Part shown: piece by piece, positions 16,895 through 26,888 of the stretch | Layout of the letters: each line of letters starts with the position of its first letter | Position numbering within the stretch: the stretch's first letter is position 1 | From: Candidatus Sericytochromatia bacterium | GTDB taxonomy: Bacteria; Cyanobacteriota; Sericytochromatia; S15B-MN24; VGJW01 | Direction of reading: 5' to 3' | Length of the DNA: 64,000 nt | Assembly: GCA_035285865.1 (NCBI GenBank) | Contig: JAYKHS010000030.1 | Coordinates: 121,643-185,642, forward strand | Made by a program: the position numbers and the translations under genes | The notes under the pieces: generated by a model | What the model saw: only the letters and a program-made list of their open reading frames with translations | Told to the model about the DNA's origin: nothing | Databases searched by the model: none

Positions 16895-17889
16895 GCCGGA
16901 GCCCCGAGGAAGGAGAGGGCGTTCCGTTCGAGCAGATCGCTGGCGATTTCGGGTCGGTCGGGCCAGGCATGCCGTACGGCGTCTCCGGCCACTGCCTCTC
17001 CCAGAGGAAAGGGGAAGTCCGTGCCGAGCATCAGCCGGTCAAGGCCGCTCTTATCCGCGAGCAGACGCAGGCTTGCAGCATCCTGGACCAGGCTGTCCAC
17101 CCAGAATCGCGGCCATTGCTCGGACGGGGGCTTGGCGGTCCGCGTCGCGCAGAGGTCCGGTCTTGCCACGAATCCGCGGTCGAAGCGCCCGAGCAGGTAC
17201 GGTACCGCGCCGCCGCCGTGGGCCAGGCCCACGCGCAGGTCCGGAAGCCGATCGAGCACGCCCCCGAACATCAGGCTGCCTGCCGCAAGGGCCGTTTCGG
17301 CCGGCATGCCGACCAGCCAAGGGGCGAACCAGGAGGGCATTCGTTCTGCGGCCATCATGTCCCACGGATGCAGGAACACGGCTGCCCCCAGCGAAGCCGC
17401 GGCGGAAAGCACGGTCTCGAGTGCCGGGTCGTCCCAGTTCCGACCCAGAACGTGGGTCCCCAGTTGCACCCCGCGCAGCCCCAGGTCGCGCACGCATCGC
17501 TCCAGTTCGGACACGGCCAGATCCGGGGCCTGGAGGGGCAGCGTGCCGAGCCCCAGAAAGCGATCCGGGCGCTCCCGGACCCACGAGGCCACGTGGTCAT
17601 TGAGCAGGCGAGCCAGGTCAAGGGCTGCCTTGCCGGGGGCCCAGTAGCTGAACATCACCGGTACCGTCGACAACACATGGCGGTCGATACCGGCTTCGTC
17701 CATCGCGGCAAGTCGCGCGGACCGGTCCCAGAGCCGCGCGTCCACGTCGCGAAGGGGCTTGTCCCCGACCATCAGCTTGCTGCAGCCCATCTCTCCATGA
17801 ACCAGCGCGGGCCATGGACCGGATCCCCAGCGGTCGGCCATGTCCGGCCACGCGCGCGGGAGGACATGCGTATGGACGTCCAGCATCAT
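16891..17889 (-). CDS. nbaD: 2-amino-3-carboxymuconate-6-semialdehyde decarboxylase (ACMSD)
   Basis: DVHTH, LSTVPVMFSYWA, FLHPWDM, WLVGMPAET, AHGGG, LGTDFPFPLGE. Confidence 0.93.
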   Translation of the reverse strand: MMLDVHTHVLPRAWPDMADRWGSGPWPALVHGEMGCSKLMVGDKPLRDVDARLWDRSARLAAMDEAGIDRHVLSTVPVMFSYWAPGKAALDLARLLNDHVASWVRERPDRFLGLGTLPLQAPDLAVSELERCVRDLGLRGVQLGTHVLGRNWDDPALETVLSAAASLGAAVFLHPWDMMAAERMPSWFAPWLVGMPAETALAAGSLMFGGVLDRLPDLRVGLAHGGGAVPYLLGRFDRGFVARPDLCATRTAKPPSEQWPRFWVDSLVQDAASLRLLADKSGLDRLMLGTDFPFPLGEAVAGDAVRHAWPDRPEIASDLLERNALSFLGAPA

Positions 17890-18413
17890 GTGGCGTGTGG
17901 TGGCTCCATCACCGTGCCGCAGGACTTGCACGTGCGCTGGGTGGCTTCGCCGCTCCAGAACTTGGCGAAGGCCTCGGCAAGCTGGGTCTCCAGATCGGAA
18001 ACCGGCAGGGTGACCTCGTGCAGTTTCAGACCGCACGCCTCGCACGCCCAAAGGAAGCCGTCGAAGTCCTCCGGCAGTCGAGGGCGCTCGATGACGAGGC
18101 CCAGCGTTCCCGGCCCACGTCGTGGCGAGTGGGGTACGCGCCTGGGCAGGAGCAGGGTCTCGCCTTCACGAACCCGGACGTCCACGGGCTTGTCGTCGAT
18201 CAGCAGCTTCAGCAGGAGGTCGCCCTCGAGTTGGTGGAAGTACTCCTCGTAAGGGTCGATGTGATAGTCCTTGCGGGCGTTGGGTCCGCCGACCGCCATC
18301 ACGATCAGGTCCTCTCCCCGGTAGAGGCACTTGTTGCCTACGGGCGGCTTGAGTTGATCCCGGTTGGCTTTGAGCCATGCCTGAAGATTGATGGGCGTGA
18401 AGGGTGGAAGCAT
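17886..18413 (-). CDS. nbaC: 3-hydroxyanthranilate 3,4-dioxygenase
   Basis: LKPPVGNK, VGGPNARKDYH, PHSP, rubredoxin-like CxxC pairs. Confidence 0.95.
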   Translation of the reverse strand: MLPPFTPINLQAWLKANRDQLKPPVGNKCLYRGEDLIVMAVGGPNARKDYHIDPYEEYFHQLEGDLLLKLLIDDKPVDVRVREGETLLLPRRVPHSPRRGPGTLGLVIERPRLPEDFDGFLWACEACGLKLHEVTLPVSDLETQLAEAFAKFWSGEATQRTCKSCGTVMEPPHAT

Positions 18414-18419
18414 CGGGAC

Positions 18420-19202
18420 TCAGGCCTCACCTGCCGCTGCCAGCGTGATGCTGCCGAGCGCTTGCGCCTCCACGACCACGTGCCGGCCGGGAGCCAGGGG
18501 ATGAGCTGCAGTCAGACCACCCGTCAGGACGATCTGTCCCGGTTCGAGGTGTTCTCCGCGCGCGTGCAGCAGGCGGGCCAAGGCCATGAGCGCCCGTACG
18601 GGGTGATCCATCACGGCAGCGCTGCTGGCAGCTTCGGCCAACTGCCCATCCACGGTCATGACCACGCCCAGATTGCCAAGATCAATCGTGTCGGGTCTGC
18701 ACCAGCAGGTGCCCAGAACATAGGCGGCGGCAGAGGTGTTGTCGGCCAGGACCTCCCCTAGGGTAAACCGGTAGCCGACATAGCGGCTGTCGAGAACCTC
18801 GACGCCCAGCGTGACGGCTTCGATGGCTTCCTGAGCCTCCCGGAAACCCGGTGCGGGGCCCGGATCGTGCTTCATCCGGAAAACGATCTCGGGTTCGACC
18901 TTGGGTTGTTGCCAACCCGTCGTCCGGATCACGCCAGCCTGAACCTCCATCGCTGCGAGCAGATAGCCGGCAATCGGGGCGTCGAGGTTCATCTGGCGCA
19001 TCTTTGCAAGGCTGGTGAATCCCATCTTCCAGCCGGAAAGCGCTTCGCCCGCCGCAAGGCGCAGGCTTCGACCACTGGCCTGAACGGCATAGCCGTCGCC
19101 AACTTCGAGTCCGGGCCACGGGCGTTCGTCCGCCTCGAGCAATCGACCGGACCTCCGCGCCTCATCCAGAAGGCATGCCCACTCGTCGTATGCCGTGGTC
19201 AT
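18420..19202 (-). CDS. 4-oxalocrotonate decarboxylase-like FAH-family enzyme
   Basis: GWKMGFTSLAKMRQM, PKVEPEI, EVLDSRY, ADNTS. Confidence 0.85.
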   Translation of the reverse strand: MTTAYDEWACLLDEARRSGRLLEADERPWPGLEVGDGYAVQASGRSLRLAAGEALSGWKMGFTSLAKMRQMNLDAPIAGYLLAAMEVQAGVIRTTGWQQPKVEPEIVFRMKHDPGPAPGFREAQEAIEAVTLGVEVLDSRYVGYRFTLGEVLADNTSAAAYVLGTCWCRPDTIDLGNLGVVMTVDGQLAEAASSAAVMDHPVRALMALARLLHARGEHLEPGQIVLTGGLTAAHPLAPGRHVVVEAQALGSITLAAAGEA

Positions 19203-20044
19203 CGGTTTGCCTCTCGGGCAAGGCTGACCGTCCCGACGCCCGAGACTCGGGCTTCGACATGGTCTCCCGGAAGGAAGGGAACGACAGGCCCCATCGCGCC
19301 CGAGAGCACGATGTGGCCAGACTCGATACGTGTACCGGCAGCCCCGAGCGTTCGTGCCAACCAAGCGACGGCTTCAGCCGGATGTCCGAGGCAGGCTGCC
19401 CCGGCACCGGTTGCCACGACTTCCCCATTGCGCAGCATCGTCATGCCGAGCAACCGCATGTCGAGGCCAAGTGGCGAAACAGGCGTGAGGCCCAGCGTGA
19501 AGTACGCAGAACTGGCGTTGTCGGCGATGGTGTCCACGATCGTCAGGTTCCAGTCAGCCACTCGGGAGTCGATGACCTCGAGCGCAGGCAGCACGAAGGC
19601 CGTGGCTCTCAGGACATCGGCAGGCGTGCAACCCTGGGTCGGCAGAGACTCGCGCATCACGAAGGCGATTTCCGCTTCGATGCGTGCCTGCAGCAGTGTG
19701 CCGCCCGGACAGGAAACACCGGCCGGGATGCGCATGCTGTCGAGCAGGACCCCGAAGTCCGGTTGATCGAAGCCCAGCCACTGCTGGACAGCCTTGCTGG
19801 TGACGCCCACCTTGTGGCCGACGACGACCGGAGCGTGATCGCGCTGGGTAGGGACCACGGCATTGAGGTGAGGCAGGCGGCCGACGCGACGTGACATGTT
19901 GGCCTTCTGCACGCGATAGGCCTGCTCGAGGGTCAGTCCCGGCACGGCGTCCCTGGGAGGAAGCATGGTGCGACCGTTCCGCTCCGCTTCGGCGAGTTGA
20001 TCGGCGAGGGTGGCCAGTGCCTGATCCTCCACGGCCGGGTTCAC
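19199..20044 (-). CDS. 2-keto-4-pentenoate hydratase
   Basis: GHKVGVTSKAVQ, QPDFG, RIEAEIAF, EVIDSR, DTIADNASS, GAGAACLGHP. Confidence 0.88.
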   Translation of the reverse strand: MNPAVEDQALATLADQLAEAERNGRTMLPPRDAVPGLTLEQAYRVQKANMSRRVGRLPHLNAVVPTQRDHAPVVVGHKVGVTSKAVQQWLGFDQPDFGVLLDSMRIPAGVSCPGGTLLQARIEAEIAFVMRESLPTQGCTPADVLRATAFVLPALEVIDSRVADWNLTIVDTIADNASSAYFTLGLTPVSPLGLDMRLLGMTMLRNGEVVATGAGAACLGHPAEAVAWLARTLGAAGTRIESGHIVLSGAMGPVVPFLPGDHVEARVSGVGTVSLAREANR

Positions 20045-20493
20045 CGGCGTACCCTCGGATCGACGGCCACGACCTTGAGTTCGATCAACAGGTCGGCAAG
20101 GGGTAACGAGCGGACGACACAGGTCGTTCGGGTCGGGGCGGAGACAGCCGGGAAACGGCGATTCCAAGCCGTGTTGAAGGCCGGGTAGTCCGCGAGGTCA
20201 ACCAGCATGGCGAAGACATCGACCACATGTGTCAGGTCGGCACCGGCTGCAGCGAGGATGCGTTCGAGATTCTCGAAGACCCCGTCAGCCTGAGCCGCGA
20301 AGTCACGCGTGACGCCCTGGGGGCCACGGACGACGCCAGGAATGGTCTGGTCGGGACGACGGGCGGACAGGCCCGAAACCCAGAGCAGTCCGCCAGCTGC
20401 CCTTGCGTGCGGGTAATGGGCCAGCGTCCCGGTGCCCTCGGTCAGGACATAGCCAGTTCCATTGGGGCCCTCGTGGAGTGATGCGGTGGTCAT
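20041..20493 (-). CDS. RidA-family protein, probable 2-aminomuconate deaminase
   Basis: YPHAR, VSGLSARR, PTRTT, LIELK; pathway context. Confidence 0.85.
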   Translation of the reverse strand: MTTASLHEGPNGTGYVLTEGTGTLAHYPHARAAGGLLWVSGLSARRPDQTIPGVVRGPQGVTRDFAAQADGVFENLERILAAAGADLTHVVDVFAMLVDLADYPAFNTAWNRRFPAVSAPTRTTCVVRSLPLADLLIELKVVAVDPRVRR

Positions 20494-21977
20494 GATTCTC
20501 CCCAAGGGATGCAGATGGTCCGCGTCTCACTGAAGAAGTCGAGCGACCAGGTGCCGCCCTCGCGCCCGATGCCCGAAGCCTTGACGCCGCCGAAGGGGGT
20601 CCTGAGATCGCGGAGGTACCACGAGTTGACCCAAGTCAGGCCCGCCTCCAGACGTCGGCTGACACGCATGGCGCGTTCGAGGTCTCGGGTCCAGATGACG
20701 CCGGCGAGCCCGTAGGGCGAGGCATTGGCCATGGTCAGCGCTTCGTCCTCGGTATCGAAGGGCGCCACGTGGCAGACAGGCCCGAATACTTCCTCCCGGA
20801 CGCACGGGTGGTCTTCCGAGAGATCCGTCCAGACCGTCGGGGCAAACCACCATCCGCCTGCCAGATCGTCGGGCATCTCGGGCACTACGCCTCCGGCGCG
20901 GACCGTGCCCGAGGCTTCGGCCAGAGCAGCGTAACGACGGATGCGCTCGCGTTGTCCCTCGGAGATGACCGGGCCGAGTCGCGTCTCCGCTTGCCAAGGG
21001 TCGCCGGGCACCCATTTCCTTGCCTCGGCTGCGAGACGCTCCACGAAGGGCTCGTAGAGGGAGCGGGCGACGTAGATCCGTTCGGTGCAAAGGCAGACCT
21101 GGCCCGTGTTCAGGAACGCCGAACGCGCCGTGCCGGCCACGGCTGCGTCGAGGTCCGCGTCCTCGAGCACGAGGGCGGCATTCTTGCCTCCCAACTCGAA
21201 GGACAGGGCCTTCAGGCCGTCGGCTGCGGTGGCCATGATGGCCCGGCCGGTGGCGCTCTCACCGGTAAACGCGATGGCTCGGATGTCCGGATGCCGGACG
21301 AGGGCTTCGCCTGCTCCGCCTGCGCCCAACCCATGGACCACGTTGAAAACCCCGTCCGGAACGCCGACCTCAGCCATGATCTCGGCCAGCAGGCAAGCCG
21401 TCGTCGGAGTCTCCTCGCTGGGCTTGACGATGACGACGTTGCCCATGGCCAGCGCCGGTGCTGCCTTGAAGGTCAGCAGCAGCAACGGCAGGTTCCACGG
21501 GACGATGAGGCCGACGATGCCGATGGGCGCGCGCAGAACGGTGTTCATCACATCGAGACCGTCCGCGGTACGCATCCGGAAGACCTCATCGGCACGTCCC
21601 CGAGCAATGGCCGCGAAGGACCTGAAGTTGGCCGCCGCCCGCGGCAGTTCCCACGAGCGTGCCTCGTGGGCTGGTTTGCCGGTATCGCCTACTTCGGCGG
21701 CGACCAGATCCTCGAGGCGTTCGAGCAAGCGGTCGGCGATCCGATCGAGCAGGTCGCAACGCGCTGCGGTCGACATCCGTCCCCAAGGGCCTTCAAGCGC
21801 CTTTCGTGCTGCTTGCACGGCCATGGCCACCTCGGCCTCGCCACCCAGCGCAAGCTGGCCATGCACCTGCCCGGTGGTCGGATTGCGCAGCGGCCGGGTC
21901 TCGCCGTCGGCATCCAGCCATTGCCCGCCGATGAAGTGGCGCCGCAGCCCCGATGCAGTCGCGGTCGGCATGACCAT
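20490..21977 (-). CDS. 2-aminomuconate/2-hydroxymuconate semialdehyde dehydrogenase
   Basis: PWNLPLLLLT, KPSEETP, FTGE, ELGGKN, GQVCLC, WYLRDLRTPFGG. Confidence 0.92.
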   Translation of the reverse strand: MVMPTATASGLRRHFIGGQWLDADGETRPLRNPTTGQVHGQLALGGEAEVAMAVQAARKALEGPWGRMSTAARCDLLDRIADRLLERLEDLVAAEVGDTGKPAHEARSWELPRAAANFRSFAAIARGRADEVFRMRTADGLDVMNTVLRAPIGIVGLIVPWNLPLLLLTFKAAPALAMGNVVIVKPSEETPTTACLLAEIMAEVGVPDGVFNVVHGLGAGGAGEALVRHPDIRAIAFTGESATGRAIMATAADGLKALSFELGGKNAALVLEDADLDAAVAGTARSAFLNTGQVCLCTERIYVARSLYEPFVERLAAEARKWVPGDPWQAETRLGPVISEGQRERIRRYAALAEASGTVRAGGVVPEMPDDLAGGWWFAPTVWTDLSEDHPCVREEVFGPVCHVAPFDTEDEALTMANASPYGLAGVIWTRDLERAMRVSRRLEAGLTWVNSWYLRDLRTPFGGVKASGIGREGGTWSLDFFSETRTICIPWGES

Positions 21978-23578
21978 CAGCCGGTTCCTCCCGGACCTTC
22001 GGTCGCGAAGTAGGGACGAAGGTCTTCGGCGTTCTCGAGAGCTGCATAGTAGCCGCCCATCGTCAGGATGAAGCCCATGCGACCCTCCCAGCCTGCCGGC
22101 TGATCGAGGCGGATCAGGTGGTTGCCCACCCCTTGGGCCGGCAGACCGGTCTGGAGGACCAGCCTCTCGGCCCCCGCACCCATGGCCCAGAAGTCATCCA
22201 GGCGCTGCTCGAGCGGTCCGTCCTCGGCGATGACAGGCTCTTCGACGGTCTCCGCATCCGGGTCTCCACCCGAGCGAATGATCGTGAGGGCTTGCAGCAC
22301 CTGTTCCCGCGTTCGCCCGCGGAAGCGGAACAGAATGAAGGGATCCTTGTCGAACTGGCCCGCAAGCCAGTAGAAGACGGCCGCGATGTGCTTGCACGGG
22401 TTGTAGAGGTCCGGACAGGTGCACTGGGCAAGCACCTCCTGTCCGTCCGTCGGATACAGCGAGGCCCCTGCCGCCGCGAACGCCGCATCGATGTCGTCGG
22501 GCAGTTCGCCGCGTAGCAGTTCGGTGGACCACCACGCGTTGTCGGCCATCTCGCGAAGCGTGGCCTTCCACGTCTCGTCCTCGAGATGGACGAGCGCGAA
22601 GGTCACTCTGTAGGGCTCAGGCAGGGAGCCCTTGACCTTGGCCGTCAGGACCCCCTCCTCGTCCATGCGGGCATCGTGCACCGCGCCTTGCCGTGCGTAC
22701 TCGAGTCCGCGCTTCAGACGGGGACCGAGACCCACGTATTCGAGGAAATCCGTCCAGCGTTCGGACCAGCGTCGGGTGCCCAGACCCATGGATGCTGCCC
22801 GACGCGCCAAGCTGACCTTATGGCTCCTGCGCTCCTGACGACTGACCTTTTGCGGCTTGGCCGGCTGCTGGGGACGCTCCGTCGCGCCGGCCTCCGATTC
22901 TTGCCCTGCCCCTGCAGTCTTGCCGCGGCGACGCTTGCGCACCCTGCGCCTACGACCGGACGCGCTGCTGCCTTCCTCGGCCGCCGTCGCATCCCCGCCG
23001 CCCTCCTGCAAGGTGCCCGCGATCTCTCGGGCGAGGGCTTCGGATGCCTCGGCCTTCGCGCCGGGGGCCGCGGGCTCCGAGGCGAGGCCTCGTGCGCGGG
23101 CGCGTCTGCGGCGCCTGCGTCGCGCACGACCGGCATGTCCCCCTTCGCTCCCGATTGTACGCTCGGCTGCGTCCGCTTCCGCAGATTCGGTCGTGCCGGT
23201 CGAGATTGGCTCCGACGGCTGGATGCCAGCCTCCGGCGAGGCTGCATCCCGGCGGGGCCGAGTCGTCCGGGCGGCGCGACGCCGGTGGACGCCGACATCG
23301 CCGGTCTCAGGGGCAGATTCCTCGCCGCCTGCATCAACAGGACCTTGTGGTGTAGCCTCCCCATCAGATAAACCGGGGGATGCTTCCGATCCGTCGATCC
23401 GTCGCGGCCTGCGGGCACGCCGTGGACGCGCCGTCTCCGCCTTCTCAGGGGTTTCCACGGTCGCGACGGTGCCTACATCGGGAGCCGAAGACACCGTTGC
23501 CGGTTCCGCTGAGATGGCCCGGGACCGGCGTCGGCGGACCGGTGCGGTTTCCGGACTGGTGCTGGTCTCGTCCGTCAT
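21977..23578 (-). CDS. SWIM zinc-finger protein with long Arg-rich disordered N-terminus
   Basis: RLKRGLEYARQG, CTCPD..NPCKH SWIM motif, DPF.LF.FRGR. Confidence 0.9.
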   Translation of the reverse strand: MTDETSTSPETAPVRRRRSRAISAEPATVSSAPDVGTVATVETPEKAETARPRRARRPRRIDGSEASPGLSDGEATPQGPVDAGGEESAPETGDVGVHRRRAARTTRPRRDAASPEAGIQPSEPISTGTTESAEADAAERTIGSEGGHAGRARRRRRRRARARGLASEPAAPGAKAEASEALAREIAGTLQEGGGDATAAEEGSSASGRRRRVRKRRRGKTAGAGQESEAGATERPQQPAKPQKVSRQERRSHKVSLARRAASMGLGTRRWSERWTDFLEYVGLGPRLKRGLEYARQGAVHDARMDEEGVLTAKVKGSLPEPYRVTFALVHLEDETWKATLREMADNAWWSTELLRGELPDDIDAAFAAAGASLYPTDGQEVLAQCTCPDLYNPCKHIAAVFYWLAGQFDKDPFILFRFRGRTREQVLQALTIIRSGGDPDAETVEEPVIAEDGPLEQRLDDFWAMGAGAERLVLQTGLPAQGVGNHLIRLDQPAGWEGRMGFILTMGGYYAALENAEDLRPYFATEGPGGTG

Positions 23579-26500
23579 GCCTCGTCCTCGACCGCGTCCT
23601 CACGCAGTGCCAGCAGTTCCCGGAGCTCCGACGTGCCCATGTCGGCAAGCCAGCGCTCGCCCGTGCCCACGATGGACGAGGCAAGGAACTTCTTGGATTC
23701 GATAAGCTGATCGATGCGCTCCTCCATCGTGCCGGTGCAGACGAACTTGTGAACTTGGACGTTGCGCTTCTGGCCGATACGGAAGGCCCGGTCCGTGGCC
23801 TGGTTCTCGACAGCCGGGTTCCACCAGCGGTCGAAGTGGAACACGTGGTTCGCACGGGTCAGATTCAGGCCCAGGCCTCCCGCCTTGAGCGAGAGAATGA
23901 ACAGCGGCGGTCCGTCCTGGCTTTCCTGGAAGCGCTGGACCATCTCGTCCCGCTGACGCTGAGGAATGCCACCATGCAGGAAGATCACGGCCTGGTAGCC
24001 GAACTGGTCCTTGAGGTGTCGGGCCAGCAGATGGCCCATCTCGACGAACTGCGTGAAGATCAGGGCTCGATCTCCGATCTGCACGATTTCGTCGAGCATG
24101 TCCGTCAGGCGGGCAAGTTTTCCGGAACGCCCCGCGAGGACCGGCATCTCGCCCTCATCGAGGGCCTGAGCCGGATGGTTGCAGACCTGCTTGAGCCGGG
24201 TGAGCGTCCGCAGGACCGCGCCGTGGCGTGCGATTCCATTGGCCTGCTCGATTTCGTCCATCATCTGCGCCAGGGTTTGGCGATAGAGGTCGGCCTGCTC
24301 CCGCGTCAGGTTCGTGTAAACCTTCATCTCGATCTTTTCCGGCAGATCCTGGATGACGAACGGGTCGGTCTTCATTCGGCGCAGGATGAATGGATTGATC
24401 AATTTGCGCAGGCGGATTGAGGCCACCGGATCCCGAAAGCGCTCGATGGGGGTTGCGTACCGCTGCTTGAAGAAAGCCTTGTCGCCGAGATAGTCGGGAT
24501 TCAGGAACTGGAACAGGCTCCAGAGTTCGGCCAACCGATTCTCCACGGGCGTTCCCGTCAGTGCCACGCGATATCGGCTTCGCAGCATGCAGACGGCCTT
24601 GGCCTGCTGCGTGTCGGGATTGCGGATGTTCTGGGCCTCGTCAAGCACCACGCCGTCCCACGTGTGCGCTGCAAGCGTCTCGCGATCACGCGTGGCAATG
24701 CTGTAGGTCGTCAGGACGACGTCCACATCGCGGACGAGGGCGAGCAGGGCCTCACCCTGCTTGCGGTCCGGTCCGTGATGGATGTGAACCGTAAGGCCCG
24801 GCGTGAAACGCTGGATTTCGCGCCACCAATTGCCCAGCACCGACGTCGGACACACCAGGAGGGTGGCACGCCGCTTGGCCCGCGTGCGGCGGTTGTGGGT
24901 CAAGAGCGCCAGCAACTGGATGGTCTTGCCGAGACCCATGTCGTCCGCAAGGCAAACGCCCAGGCCCTGCCCCGTGAGGAAAGCAAGCCAGGAGAAGCCC
25001 CGAATCTGGTAGGGGCGCAGCGTGCCGACGAAACCTTCGGGACTCGGCAGCGTCGGGATGCGCTGGTTGTCGCCTCCCAGGACGTCCGCCAGCCAGCCCT
25101 GACCGACCACGCCCAGCACCGGAAGGCCTTTGGTCACGCTGGCCGCCGGATTCGCGAAGGCCAGTTGCATCGCCTTGGAGAGCTCCATCGTGCGTTCCTG
25201 GGTTGCTTGCCTGCCCCAGTGCTGGATGGTGAGGTCAAGGTCCTCCGCACGCAGCTCGAACCACTGCCCCCGCACCTGGCGAAGGGGCGCTTGCTGATCC
25301 TGCAGGCTCTGGAACTCAGTGGCGGACAGCGGCCCGTCGGGCAGGGCCAGGTCCCAGTCATAACGGACCATGGTCTCGATTCCGGCTCCGGCATCCGCAG
25401 CGCGCAGCATGCCCGTGCCGGCCCTTTGCGGTTCGTCGTCCATCGGCTTGATGGTGAGACGAACGCCCAGCCTGCTTCTGCCTGGGGACCACCACTCGGG
25501 CAGGATGCAGCCGAATTTCTCCTCGGCGCTCTCCAGAACCGGGGCCACGTTGGCGAGGAAGTCATGGGCTTCCTCGATTCGAAGCAGCGCATGGTCGGGC
25601 CTGGGCACCCGGATGGCTGCAGCCAGGTTGTCCCCGAGTCCCACGTGGGAGTTTTTCTTGAAGACGTCCTGGGCCTCTCCAAGGGACTGCAGGAAGGTGA
25701 TCTGGGGCTGGCCGATCTCGCGGGCGTGGAAGACACCCTTGTGACCGCCCTCCTTCCAGATTTCCGCAGCCGTGACGAACAACGAGGGCTCATCGGGGGC
25801 CTGGAACCCGAACTGCAGTTGCCACGGCCCGTCCAGGACTTCGGGAGCCACGAGGCGAAAGGCCGTGCGCAAGGGCGGCAGCGGCGTGTGGATGGGGACC
25901 AGCCAGCGCTCGACGGCAGATTCGAGGGCCTGCAGTTCCCGTACGGGCCCCTTGACCTGGAGATTCTCCGGATCATCCGGTGCCGCGCCGAGAGAGACGG
26001 CCCACCGGTCCCAGACCCCGGGACCCGAGGCGCGCAAAGGCTTGGGGATGGCGGTCGCCCACTGACGGATGAGTGCGTCGAGTCCCTTGCGGGCGAAGGT
26101 GCCCAGGAGATGGCGCGGAGCCGGGCTGGAGCTGCCCCGACCGAACGCACGCGCGACGGGCGGCATCATCCGGGCCATCTGCGCGAGGCGCACCTCTTCG
26201 GTATTGAGGATGGGCTGCCAACGGCCGACCAGTCGCGTGCCCTCATGGGTCAGTGCTGGCACGAAGTGGCGTCGGGCCGCCAATTCCAGCACCCAGTTCG
26301 CGACCAGTCGCCAGAACTGGAGGTCCGGCCCGAGCACGCGATCCGCAGCAGGGGCATCGGTCATCGCTGCCAGGAGCCGGATGGCCTCTGCGGGGCCGCA
26401 GGGCAGATGGAAGAGGCGCGTCTCGATGAGGGTCCGTTCAGCCGTCTGCACCGCCGAATTGGCATCGGGTGAAGGGGAGGGCTTGTTGCCCGATCCGGGC

Positions 26501-26727
26501 AATCGCGCCTCCGCCACGAAGAAAGAGCGCGCCGGGACTTCCGGCAGGATGCCCGCATAGGCTTCACAGACCCGGGTCGAGTCCAGCGGGCCGCCGAGGT
26601 CCTCGGCCCAGAACACGAACTGACCCTGACCTTCGTCGGGACACCAGGTGCCATGCAGCACCACGCGACGTTTAGTCTCTGCCTTCATGCGCCACATTGC
26701 GGGGCGTGCCGCTTCCGGGGCAACCAC
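23575..26727 (-). CDS. SNF2-family helicase/ATPase
   Basis: LRPYQ, LADDMGLGKT, DEAQ, LTGTPVEN, LKQVCNHP, DRWWNPAVENQATDRAFRIGQ; start uncertain. Confidence 0.95.
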   Translation of the reverse strand: MVAPEAARPAMWRMKAETKRRVVLHGTWCPDEGQGQFVFWAEDLGGPLDSTRVCEAYAGILPEVPARSFFVAEARLPGSGNKPSPSPDANSAVQTAERTLIETRLFHLPCGPAEAIRLLAAMTDAPAADRVLGPDLQFWRLVANWVLELAARRHFVPALTHEGTRLVGRWQPILNTEEVRLAQMARMMPPVARAFGRGSSSPAPRHLLGTFARKGLDALIRQWATAIPKPLRASGPGVWDRWAVSLGAAPDDPENLQVKGPVRELQALESAVERWLVPIHTPLPPLRTAFRLVAPEVLDGPWQLQFGFQAPDEPSLFVTAAEIWKEGGHKGVFHAREIGQPQITFLQSLGEAQDVFKKNSHVGLGDNLAAAIRVPRPDHALLRIEEAHDFLANVAPVLESAEEKFGCILPEWWSPGRSRLGVRLTIKPMDDEPQRAGTGMLRAADAGAGIETMVRYDWDLALPDGPLSATEFQSLQDQQAPLRQVRGQWFELRAEDLDLTIQHWGRQATQERTMELSKAMQLAFANPAASVTKGLPVLGVVGQGWLADVLGGDNQRIPTLPSPEGFVGTLRPYQIRGFSWLAFLTGQGLGVCLADDMGLGKTIQLLALLTHNRRTRAKRRATLLVCPTSVLGNWWREIQRFTPGLTVHIHHGPDRKQGEALLALVRDVDVVLTTYSIATRDRETLAAHTWDGVVLDEAQNIRNPDTQQAKAVCMLRSRYRVALTGTPVENRLAELWSLFQFLNPDYLGDKAFFKQRYATPIERFRDPVASIRLRKLINPFILRRMKTDPFVIQDLPEKIEMKVYTNLTREQADLYRQTLAQMMDEIEQANGIARHGAVLRTLTRLKQVCNHPAQALDEGEMPVLAGRSGKLARLTDMLDEIVQIGDRALIFTQFVEMGHLLARHLKDQFGYQAVIFLHGGIPQRQRDEMVQRFQESQDGPPLFILSLKAGGLGLNLTRANHVFHFDRWWNPAVENQATDRAFRIGQKRNVQVHKFVCTGTMEERIDQLIESKKFLASSIVGTGERWLADMGTSELRELLALREDAVEDEA

Positions 26728-26888
26728 GATCCGGAGTCACGGCGAGGGAACGGAGTTGCGGCGGCGATCCCGGGGGACAGGCGGCCCTCGAGGGCCGAGG
26801 CACGGCAACCGGACGACAGTCTAACACCCCTGTGGCGCACGCGGCAACGGACGCCGAATCCTTGTTCCGATTTGCTATCCTTGTGGCG

